From Nitrosopumilus ureiphilus (GTDB lineage: Archaea > Thermoproteota > Nitrososphaeria > Nitrososphaerales > Nitrosopumilaceae), in the NCBI RefSeq assembly GCF_013407185.1, contig NZ_CP026995.1, forward strand, positions 1,009,483 through 1,041,482: a stretch of 32,000 nucleotides of DNA. Direction: 5' to 3'. Under the pieces are notes generated by a model, which searched no databases, had not been told where the DNA came from, and was given only the letters and a program-made list of their open reading frames with translations. Positions 14,976 to 23,223 of the stretch are shown piece by piece (the first letter of the stretch is position 1; each line of letters begins with the position of its first letter). The position numbers and the translations under genes were made by a program.

Positions 14976-15467
14976 TTGATAATGATTGTTATTTTATGTT
15001 TTGTTTTTTTATTTTCTCTTCAACTTCTTTTCAATCCTTTTTACATTATTACGAGTGGAAGTATGTTGCCAACACTTGTTCAAGAAGATATGGTTATTAC
15101 ATCTGATGAATCTTTTTTTGATCTAAAAGTAGGTGACATAATTGTTTTTAAGAGCAATTACAATAATTTAGATCGTACATATGTACACAGAATAGTAGAA
15201 ATCATGGATGATGATGAAAGGTATGTTAAAACCAAAGGGGATTATAATCCTTCTTCACTAGAAGGTTTGGATTATCCCATAAAAGAAAGTAATTATGTTG
15301 GTAAAGTAATTATTGTACTCCCAAAAATCGGCATGTTTATTAAAATTTTTTCCCCTCCAATAAATTACTATATCATGATTATTTCTTCTAGTTTACTACT
15401 GTTTTTTTTCCGAAAAAATATATTTTATTGTTTGTATAAATCAAAAGAATTTTCTGAGAATACCTGA
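14976..15467 (+). CDS. Signal peptidase I, archaeal/ER (Sec11/SipW) type
   Basis: 163 aa with an N-terminal TM, then the SGSMLPTL Ser box, YVHRIV His box and TKGDYN box, and a C-terminal TM. Start is TTG 14976 or ATG 14982. Confidence 0.8.
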   Translation: MIMIVILCFVFLFSLQLLFNPFYIITSGSMLPTLVQEDMVITSDESFFDLKVGDIIVFKSNYNNLDRTYVHRIVEIMDDDERYVKTKGDYNPSSLEGLDYPIKESNYVGKVIIVLPKIGMFIKIFSPPINYYIMIISSSLLLFFFRKNIFYCLYKSKEFSENT

Positions 15468-15498
15468 TGGAATAACCTTTTAGGATTAACGCAACATT

Positions 15499-15517
15499 GT
15501 TCAAACCTGTATGGATT
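15499..15517 (+). promoter_or_regulatory. Upstream box GTTCAAACCTGTATGGATT (copy 4)
   Basis: Same core as the other copies. It lies 43 nt upstream of CGTTATAAA (15542), which is 34 nt upstream of the ATG at 15576. Confidence 0.5.
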
Positions 15518-15660
15518 TGGTAAAATTCAGATTTCATCAAACGTTATAAACAAAATATTATCAGTATCAACACAAATGCACAATACATCCACACTTGTTT
15601 TTAGGATATCATAATATCTGAAAGTGAATCAATTGGATTATAAAATAACATTTTCAGTCA

Positions 15661-16083
15661 TTGCAGCAATCATCCACTATTGATGGAATAGTGATCTATC
15701 CTGATGAACCAAAAAATATCAAGCATACTTTTCGCAGTCACAATCCAGTTTTAGTCATCTTTGATGTTAATCCACAAAAAATACCTTACAGTGTAATGAT
15801 TACAAATTATGAGTGGTCCGAGGAAGTTCTAAACGTAGTGGAATCAGATTCTGCACAACATAGAATAAAACATGTCAGATACGGTACATATGACTTTGAC
15901 TTTGCAAATCTGGGTGATGAGGAACTGTATCTAACAATAGATATCAAAGATGCAAAATATGATGAAATAAACAACTTTCATAACTCCATCTCAATTATGA
16001 TCTACATTTACTATTCTGTATTTTTTGGAGGGATAATTATTAGTAGTGTTGGTGCTGTCATTTGGAGGATGACAAAACGATAA
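15661..16083 (+). CDS. Hypothetical protein with C-terminal TM anchor; 5' end possibly disrupted
   Basis: 140-aa ORF that can only start at TTG 15661 and has no leader. The C-terminus ISIMIYIYYSVFFGGIIISSVGAVIWRMTKR is a TM segment plus basic tail. The promoter-proximal ATG (15576) is in another frame and hits TAA after 12 codons. Confidence 0.5.
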   Translation: MQQSSTIDGIVIYPDEPKNIKHTFRSHNPVLVIFDVNPQKIPYSVMITNYEWSEEVLNVVESDSAQHRIKHVRYGTYDFDFANLGDEELYLTIDIKDAKYDEINNFHNSISIMIYIYYSVFFGGIIISSVGAVIWRMTKR

Positions 16084-16292
16084 CTGAATTATTCAAATAT
16101 GTCCTGTCATTTACCGAGGAAATTAGGCTGAAAGAAGATTACGTAAAAGATCATACTTGAAAAACAAACATTACAAACAAAAATGAGTTGGAAAATTCAG
16201 TTTTTCCTTAATAACACGTTTGTATTAACTTGTTGCAAATGATTAGAAGCGTTTATGAGTATCATAACTTGAATATTTTTTAGATAAATACA

Positions 16293-17231
16293 ATGGCAGA
16301 ATTAGATCTTGGCATACTTATCGTACAAATAATAGTTGGATTGATCATTATTGGAATTCTTCTTTCCGGAATACGAATAATCAGACCTACTCATAGGGCA
16401 GCAGTTGAGACACTTGGAAAATATACTAGGTTTCAAAATTCGGGAATAACATTCATTGTACCGTTTTTTCAAAAAATTTACTCCATAAACATCACAGAAC
16501 AACTAGTTGATGTCATGCGTCAGGAGGTAATCACAAAGGACAATCTAAACTGTACAGTTGATGCCCAAGTTTACTTTAAGGTTGGTGCAAGTGAGCGTGA
16601 ACTCAAAAGTGCACTATACCAAGTAAACAACTATGATGTTCAAATTGTTCAGCTTGCTAGAACTACCCTGAGAAATGTAATTGGAGACAACATGTTCAAA
16701 GATGTAAACTCTCAACGTGGAAAACTCAACAATGAAGTGTTTGAAACAATGGCAGTTGAAACAAAGGACTGGGGAATCACAATTGTAAGAGTTGAATTAA
16801 AAGAGATAGAGCCACCTGATGATGTTCAAGAAACCATGAATATGGTCATCAAGGCTGAAAATGACAAACAGTCAGCCATTGATTTTGCAAATGCTCGTGA
16901 AACTAAAGCTGATGGTGAGCGAAGAGCCAGCATCAAAGAAGCAGAAGGTATACGTCAATCTTTGATATTGGAGGCAGAAGGCAAATCCCAAGCAATTGAA
17001 AGAGTGGCAGAAGCCCGAGCAAAAGAAATTCAACTTGTTAATGAAGCAGCTGAAAAATATTTTGTTGGAAATGCCAAGGAGCTAAAGAAATTAGAGGTAA
17101 CCCAAGCAAGTCTTGAAACAAATTCCAAAATCGTATTGACTGAAAAAGGTATTTCTCCAACAATAGTTCTCAATGAAACAACTGATACTATTATTCCAAC
17201 AAAGACAAAACAAGAACCTAAATCCGAATAA
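16293..17231 (+). CDS. SPFH/band-7 (stomatin/prohibitin-like) membrane protein
   Basis: 312 aa. N-terminal TM, then the typical SPFH core (ITKDNLNCTVDAQVYFKV...IVQLARTTLRNVIG...WGITIVRVELKEIEPPDDVQETM) and an Ala/Glu-rich coiled tail. Confidence 0.9.
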   Translation: MAELDLGILIVQIIVGLIIIGILLSGIRIIRPTHRAAVETLGKYTRFQNSGITFIVPFFQKIYSINITEQLVDVMRQEVITKDNLNCTVDAQVYFKVGASERELKSALYQVNNYDVQIVQLARTTLRNVIGDNMFKDVNSQRGKLNNEVFETMAVETKDWGITIVRVELKEIEPPDDVQETMNMVIKAENDKQSAIDFANARETKADGERRASIKEAEGIRQSLILEAEGKSQAIERVAEARAKEIQLVNEAAEKYFVGNAKELKKLEVTQASLETNSKIVLTEKGISPTIVLNETTDTIIPTKTKQEPKSE

Positions 17232-17327
17232 ATTTATTTTGAATTTTATTTTCAGAAAATGAAACTCCGACTTTGTTATTTTTTGTTCTGTTATAACTTC
17301 TAATACCGAGTATGAAAATCAAAAACA

Positions 17328-19364
17328 ATGGTAAAACCAAATACTGGTCTTGGAATTGCATGTTTTTTAATACTGGGCATTTCATTTTTAATTCTATTTG
17401 CATACTTGACATTTTTTGACATCTATGCAACACAAACTTCAAGTGTTGAGGGTAATTTTGACGGAGTTGATTTTACCAAAAAGCGAATTTTTGTATTGGG
17501 TGCAAGTTCAGTTGACGTTCTAAATTTTACTAGCATTGATGAATATTTGGCTAATCATGGCAAGAAAGATTACGAAGTGTACAATCTTACCGAAGATGGA
17601 GACAGACCTTCAGAAAGAATTGCACAGATTGACAAGATAATTGACATGGAGCCTGATTTGGTTTTATACGGACTGGGAATGAGGGAATTTGGATATGATG
17701 ATTTTTCCCCAGGCCTAACAAAATGTTTGCCTCTGAATTATGGTGCATTTTGGGAGATGCGTAAAGAAATACCAGACAAAGAAAAAATTACAGATATCCC
17801 TCAGGATTCAAATGTTTTTGAGCCTCTGGCAATCATAAAAAATGAGATCAAAAAGCAAACTGTGCCAGGATTCCCAGATTTTGTAGAGCCCAAATTTGCG
17901 ACTGTTTCATTTTTGAATAACATTTTGTATCAAAAAGAAGTTCAGACAGAGTCATTTCTTGATAAAAATTATACGGAATTAAAAAAACAGGGAGGGGTAA
18001 AAGAGATTGTTCCAAACAGCAAGTTAAAAGAAAAATTGAAAAACATGGTTTTTGGATACTGCGAAGAAATGAACAAGGATGAATTGGCACATCTTGGGAT
18101 AATTCTAGACAGATTACATGAAAAAAATATCGACGTGGCAGTTTTTGTTGCCCCGTACAGCGGGCCATATCTAGATGTATTGTCAGATCTTTCAATCCAA
18201 CATTATTTTGTAGGATTACACAAGATTACAAACAATGCTAATGTGAAACTCTATTCATTTTTGGACAGATACAAAGAACTGGACATATTTCATGATGCCA
18301 CTCATGTAGCAGCTAATGCAAAATCATCTGTGTTTAGCAAAGATTTTGCATTTTTTACACTAAACATCATAGACAGCAGAGAGAGAAACTACGAATCACA
18401 GAATCTATTAGAATTTCAATACGGAAAATCATCAAGTGAAAATTTGAACAGTAAACAAATACGTAAACTGCATTCATTTGAAAATCTCAATCTTTCAGGT
18501 ATTGTTCTAGCAAATGAAGATTTGTCCGGAAAGAAAATTGCAAATACAGACTTGACTCAAGCAAATCTGGAATCTGTTGATTTTTCACGCATCATTATGA
18601 GTGATTCAGTTTTGAATGGAGCCAACATGTATTATGCAAATCTCTCTAATGCAGAAATTACACACACATCCATGAACGGTGCAAATTTGTTGTTTGCAGA
18701 TGTAACAAATGCAATATTGTCCGATATTGATTTGAGGTACTCTCTGGTTATGGGGGTGAATTTCTCAAATCTGAACATGACGAACATTGATTTTTCAGGA
18801 TCAAATATGTTGAAATCAAATTTTAGAGATTCCCACATGACAAATGTGGATTTTTCAAGTGTAGACTTATCTCAGACCGATTTTAGCGGTGCTCAAAGGG
18901 ATAATAAAACGAGATTCTCAGGCACAAAACTGATCGAATCGAATCTCAGTAATTTTGACATGTCATATTTGGATCTGTCCGGAGTTGTTCTGTCTGGGGC
19001 AAATCTTACAAATACCTCATTTAGAGGGTCAGAATTTATTTTCTCTGATCTGTCCGGAGTTGATCTTTCTACATCAGATATGAATGGGGTGACACTTTTA
19101 GCATCTGATTTGAGTTTTACAAATATTCCAAATGCACAATTCTCACAGATTAATGCAAAGCATGCAAATTTTGCCAATGCAAATTTGATTGGTGCAGACT
19201 TGTCTTTTGCAGATTTTCTTGGCGCACGGTTTGTAAATACTAATTTAACTGGGGCAAATCTTACAGGAACCCAACTAAAGTTTGCCAATTTTACAGGAGC
19301 CATTCTGGATAATGCTAATCTGCGGTGTCTCGATCATACCATATGCAATAGTTTGAGGGAGTAA
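17328..19364 (+). CDS. Membrane-anchored fusion: SGNH/DltD/AlgJ-like domain (tentative) plus long pentapeptide-repeat domain
   Basis: 678 aa. N-terminal TM GLGIACFLILGISFLILFAYLTFF. The middle region has IFVLGASS (block-I-like Ser) and FHDATHV (DxxH-like). The last roughly 290 aa are uninterrupted A(D/N)LxX pentapeptides (ANLSNAEITHTSMNGANLLFADVTNAILSDIDL...). The stop is 1 nt before the MBOAT start. Confidence 0.8.
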   Translation: MVKPNTGLGIACFLILGISFLILFAYLTFFDIYATQTSSVEGNFDGVDFTKKRIFVLGASSVDVLNFTSIDEYLANHGKKDYEVYNLTEDGDRPSERIAQIDKIIDMEPDLVLYGLGMREFGYDDFSPGLTKCLPLNYGAFWEMRKEIPDKEKITDIPQDSNVFEPLAIIKNEIKKQTVPGFPDFVEPKFATVSFLNNILYQKEVQTESFLDKNYTELKKQGGVKEIVPNSKLKEKLKNMVFGYCEEMNKDELAHLGIILDRLHEKNIDVAVFVAPYSGPYLDVLSDLSIQHYFVGLHKITNNANVKLYSFLDRYKELDIFHDATHVAANAKSSVFSKDFAFFTLNIIDSRERNYESQNLLEFQYGKSSSENLNSKQIRKLHSFENLNLSGIVLANEDLSGKKIANTDLTQANLESVDFSRIIMSDSVLNGANMYYANLSNAEITHTSMNGANLLFADVTNAILSDIDLRYSLVMGVNFSNLNMTNIDFSGSNMLKSNFRDSHMTNVDFSSVDLSQTDFSGAQRDNKTRFSGTKLIESNLSNFDMSYLDLSGVVLSGANLTNTSFRGSEFIFSDLSGVDLSTSDMNGVTLLASDLSFTNIPNAQFSQINAKHANFANANLIGADLSFADFLGARFVNTNLTGANLTGTQLKFANFTGAILDNANLRCLDHTICNSLRE

Positions 19365-19365
19365 A

Positions 19366-20868
19366 ATGCTTTTCAACACAATTGATTTTATTGTATTTTT
19401 CATCCTAGTTGTAACTACAATAGTCATTGTTAAAAATCGCAATTACCAACACTTGTTTTTATTAATTGCAAGTTATTTCTTTTTTTATTATTCATCAAAC
19501 TATTTGATCAGCCTGTTGATTTTTTCTACAGTTCTTGATTTCTATGTTGCAAAAAAAATACATCAGCAAAAAAATAACCCTGCTCAGAAAAAGATTCTGC
19601 TTATAACAAGTTTGGTTGGGAATTTAGGGTTGCTAGGATTTTTCAAGTATGCCGATTTTGCAATTGCGCAATTCAACTTTTTTGGAAGTTACTTTAATCT
19701 GGCTGATGAAATACCATTTCTGTACATTGCGTTGCCCATTGGAATTTCATTTTACACATTTCAAACAATTAGTTATACCGTAGATGTTTATCGAGAAAAA
19801 CTAGAACCATCAAAATCTCTAAAGGAGTTTGCACTTTTTGTAGCATTTTTCCCACAGCTAGTTGCAGGCCCAATTTTACGTGCAAGTGACTTTCTACCTC
19901 AACTAAGAGAGAAAATCAAGAGTTTGGAAACTGTTTCATCATCTACCATAAAGTTAGGCAAAAAAATACAACTGTCTAAAATCTCAATAAATAGCAGCAA
20001 CCTCAAACTGGGAATCACGATAATGGGTTTTGGTTTTGTAAAAAAGATGTTTTTTGCAGACAATATTGCGCCTCTGGTAGATGAAATATTTTCAAATCCT
20101 ATGGGATTAGAGTCATTTTCCATCATTTTGGGAGCAATTGGCTTTGGAATTCAGATTTATGCTGATTTTTCAGGGTACTCTGATATTGCAATAGGTATAG
20201 CTACAGTTTTGGGTTTTAAGATTCCAATCAACTTTAATCGTCCTTATTTTGCCACATCTCCTAGAGATTTCTGGAAGAGATGGCACATTTCTTTGTCAAC
20301 ATGGTTGAGGGATTATCTGTACATACCACTTGGTGGTAGCAAAAAATCATCTGTTGGGACATATGGCAATTTGTTTGCAGTGATGATTTTAGGTGGAATC
20401 TGGCATGGCGCTGCATGGAATTTTGTAGTATGGGGACTTCTTCACGGAGCGTATCTAGCAGTAACTCGATTCTTTGGAAAGAAATTTCCTCAATTTACTT
20501 TGCATCCATTTTTTAGTACCAGAATTGGTAAAATTATTTCAATTTTAACGGTACAGTACTTTGTATTTTTAGCATGGATTCCATTCAGAGTTCAAAATTT
20601 TGATTTTATGTTGTACTCTATGCAAAAATATGTCCTAATAGATTTTGCAACAGAGAAAACGCTGGAACTAATATCCTCAAACAAGATTTCAGTTTTCTTG
20701 ATTGTTGTTTTTATCATAACCTGCATTATATCATACAAGAAAAACATCCATCAAATTGCATCGAATTTGTCTCTGAAAAAATGGACATTAGTCATGACAT
20801 TGTTTGCAGTAATAATTTTGGTTTTGTATGACGGTTCCCCGCAAGATTTTATTTATTTTAAATTTTAA
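19366..20868 (+). CDS. Membrane-bound O-acyltransferase (MBOAT; AlgI/DltB/PatA-like)
   Basis: 500-aa polytopic protein with the family signature SPRDFWKRWHISLSTWLRDYLYIPLGGS and a downstream WHGAAWNFVVWGLLHG. Confidence 0.92.
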   Translation: MLFNTIDFIVFFILVVTTIVIVKNRNYQHLFLLIASYFFFYYSSNYLISLLIFSTVLDFYVAKKIHQQKNNPAQKKILLITSLVGNLGLLGFFKYADFAIAQFNFFGSYFNLADEIPFLYIALPIGISFYTFQTISYTVDVYREKLEPSKSLKEFALFVAFFPQLVAGPILRASDFLPQLREKIKSLETVSSSTIKLGKKIQLSKISINSSNLKLGITIMGFGFVKKMFFADNIAPLVDEIFSNPMGLESFSIILGAIGFGIQIYADFSGYSDIAIGIATVLGFKIPINFNRPYFATSPRDFWKRWHISLSTWLRDYLYIPLGGSKKSSVGTYGNLFAVMILGGIWHGAAWNFVVWGLLHGAYLAVTRFFGKKFPQFTLHPFFSTRIGKIISILTVQYFVFLAWIPFRVQNFDFMLYSMQKYVLIDFATEKTLELISSNKISVFLIVVFIITCIISYKKNIHQIASNLSLKKWTLVMTLFAVIILVLYDGSPQDFIYFKF

Positions 20869-20955
20869 AATAATTCCAAAATGACGTATTTTATGTAATT
20901 AAAATTAGAGTTTAAACTATAGTTCAATGTATATTTTGATGTAGTTGATTTTGTA

Positions 20956-21406
20956 GTGTATGAATTTTTTCTAGCAGACAAAATGATTGAAAAGTATGGT
21001 GGAACAAGAGAAGACTATTTTATGAAACTAAATGAGTACTATGAGGAAAGGCTGACCAATGCCAAAAAACAAGGGTTTTCAAATGAATTTAGTGCACCTA
21101 GCATAATCTATCACGGAAATGTGTATAGTGGAATCCTTTTTGGACATCTGATGAACATCCTCTTTTCATGTCTGTGCATTTGATGCCAGAATAGATGATA
21201 CTGATCATGCAGCATTTTATTGTGAAAAATGTGAACGTGAAGTGCGCATAGTAAATTTGACATTTTACAAAGAATCCAAAAATGAACATAAACTCAAACT
21301 AATCCACACTTTACGATTTGAATTATTCTGCGAAGGATGTGGGACATCGGATACAAAGAAGATCTATGTCAATAATTCGTTGTTGGATGGTATTAGTTGG
21401 GATTAG
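20956..21406 (+). pseudogene. Disrupted gene: N-terminal ORF (frame 1) plus CxxC...CxxC zinc-ribbon segment (frame 2) lacking a usable start
   Basis: Frame 1 is open 20956-21183. Frame 2 is open 21152-21406 and encodes ...FYCEKCEREVRIV...FCEGCGTSDTKKIYV... with no ATG/GTG/TTG before the first CxxC. The only upstream frame-2 ATG (21119) is separated from it by TGA 21149-21151. Confidence 0.4.
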
Positions 21407-21485
21407 AATATTTTGTTTCAGTGAAATTATTTGTTAAAAAGAAACGTTTTAGCTAATCTACTTTACTTTCTGATGTACTAACCAT

Positions 21486-21539
21486 GTACTATGTATTTAT
21501 AGTACTTTTACCATAATATTATGGTAATAAACCATAATA
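21486..21539. promoter_or_regulatory. Operator-like repeat cluster: GTACTAT-N6-ATAGTAC and perfect 18-bp palindrome TACCATAATATTATGGTA plus a third half-site
   Basis: Inverted repeat at 21486-21505. Perfect palindrome at 21509-21526 (hand-checked). ACCATAATA is repeated at 21531-21539. The cluster overlaps the A/T-rich TATA position about 30 nt upstream of the ATG at 21551. Confidence 0.55.
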
Positions 21540-21550
21540 GGTGCCTAAAT

Positions 21551-22636
21551 ATGAAAGAAAACATGTACAAAATACTGGATATATTGGCCAGAGAGATTGG
21601 CAACCCAATGTCAATTAACGAAATAAAAAATAAAATCGAATGCATCTATGGATCTGCAGATTACAAAAATATTCACATGTCCATCCATGAAATGGAAAAG
21701 TCAAATCTTATCACGATTGAAAAAATTGGAAAGTCATCTATTGCATCGCCAAACTTTGATAACCCTTTGTTAATTGATAATCTAGCACAGGTTGAACTCA
21801 TCAACAAGGTTCAATTTTTAGAAAAAAGAAAAGATTGGCAAATACTATTTCTACAAATTAATTCATATCTGAGAGAATTTAGCATAATAAGATCTATTTT
21901 AATTATAAATCCTGAAACAAATGCAAAGTTAAACAGAATTGAATTTCTTATCTTATTGCGCAAAGAAGAGAATAAAGAAGAATTCAAAGACATTCGTAGT
22001 AATATGGAATTACTTCAACGAGTGCACAACATCAGAATAGATTATTTGATGTTAGATGAGACAAGCTTTGAGAATTTGATGAGATATGAAGATGCCAATC
22101 CAATAAAAGAAGTAATGTCAGACAAAATTGCAATATTTTATCCTCAGGCTTTTTGGCTTATGATCAAAAACCTTCTTGACAAAGGAATAAGAATTAAAGT
22201 AGAAGAAGAATCAATTTCACTTGCAAAGATTTCAGAGCAAGATATTGTTTTTAATCTTGCAAGATTTGGATACAAAGAGATGGGTACAAAAATTACCCAG
22301 GGAAAAGCAATAGGAATTGAATATCTAGTAACTTCGATTTTGGTAAAAAAAGACAATGTTCGTAGGTTAGAGGCAATACCAATAATCCTTGCAAAAAACA
22401 AAGAAAAGATCAACTATTCTCTTCTAGTTTTTCTGGTAACAAAATTCAAGATGATACGACAACTATACAATATTTTGAAAGTTTTAGATGAGATAACTCC
22501 CACAGAAGAGGTCAAACAAATCATGAGAGAGATTACTGGTGCAGTAAAACAGAAGGTAAAGACAGACCAACAGGTAATAGAACTGAGCCTGAAAGACATG
22601 GAAAAAAAGATGAGGCTGTACGATGTCATTGAATAA
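21551..22636 (+). CDS. Large N-terminal winged-helix protein (putative regulator/antitoxin-like partner)
   Basis: I prefer the ATG at 21551 (MKENMYKILDILAREIGNPMSINEIKNKI...) because the track start at 21521 lies inside the palindrome. A wHTH-like N-terminus is followed by about 290 aa of unknown function. The 3' end overlaps the next gene by 14 nt. Confidence 0.7.
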   Translation: MKENMYKILDILAREIGNPMSINEIKNKIECIYGSADYKNIHMSIHEMEKSNLITIEKIGKSSIASPNFDNPLLIDNLAQVELINKVQFLEKRKDWQILFLQINSYLREFSIIRSILIINPETNAKLNRIEFLILLRKEENKEEFKDIRSNMELLQRVHNIRIDYLMLDETSFENLMRYEDANPIKEVMSDKIAIFYPQAFWLMIKNLLDKGIRIKVEEESISLAKISEQDIVFNLARFGYKEMGTKITQGKAIGIEYLVTSILVKKDNVRRLEAIPIILAKNKEKINYSLLVFLVTKFKMIRQLYNILKVLDEITPTEEVKQIMREITGAVKQKVKTDQQVIELSLKDMEKKMRLYDVIE

Positions 22637-23132
22637 GCAGGTACTTTTGGACTTTCTAGAGGAACTAGACAAGGAACTTGAACGCAAGATAACAGTTGTG
22701 GCCGTAGGTGGTACTGCGATGACACTTCACAACGCCAAAGAATCTACAATTGACGTCAATTTCACGATTCCAGCAGAAGATTATGCAGAGTTTCACAGGG
22801 TTTTGAATCTGGTTCCTCACGGGTTCAAAGTCGACACGTGGAACAACGGAATGGTCTTCAGCCAAGACCTGCCTGATGACTATTTGAAAAACAGCAGAAA
22901 TGTCAGAACAAAGATGAAAAACATGAAACTCAAGACTCTAGATCCACTTGACATCATCGTGACAAAAATCGGCAGGCTAAATGAAAGAGACAAGGAAGAC
23001 ATTGCAATGTGCATCAAAAAATTCAAGATCACAAAGGCTCAGATCAAAAAAAGAGCAAAGCAAGTGATCTATACAGGCAGAGAAGAAAACTATGAGATTA
23101 ATCTGAACCATGTGATGAAGAAGTTTTTTTAG
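22623..23132 (+). CDS. Nucleotidyltransferase-fold protein (DUF6036/AbiEii-like, tentative)
   Basis: 169 aa. VVAVGGTAMTLHNAKESTIDVNF fits hGG-x12-D-h-(D/E)-h, except that the second acidic residue is Asn. LDPLDIIVTKIGRLNERDKEDIAMCI matches the family's C-terminal K...R.KD..D pattern as I recall it. Confidence 0.5.
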   Translation: MSLNKQVLLDFLEELDKELERKITVVAVGGTAMTLHNAKESTIDVNFTIPAEDYAEFHRVLNLVPHGFKVDTWNNGMVFSQDLPDDYLKNSRNVRTKMKNMKLKTLDPLDIIVTKIGRLNERDKEDIAMCIKKFKITKAQIKKRAKQVIYTGREENYEINLNHVMKKFF

Positions 23133-23223
23133 ACATTACAGATCCTTACGTGAAAATGTGTATGGAATATTTTAACATGTATTGATCAGACCAATTATTA
23201 ATCATTAAAAATATAATTTTGCC

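Noticed and set aside
18893-19303. 136-aa ORF antisense to the pentapeptide-repeat region.
   Set aside because: The periodic repeat DNA keeps antisense frames open. The product is itself a low-complexity echo of the repeats, and it lies wholly inside a well-supported gene.
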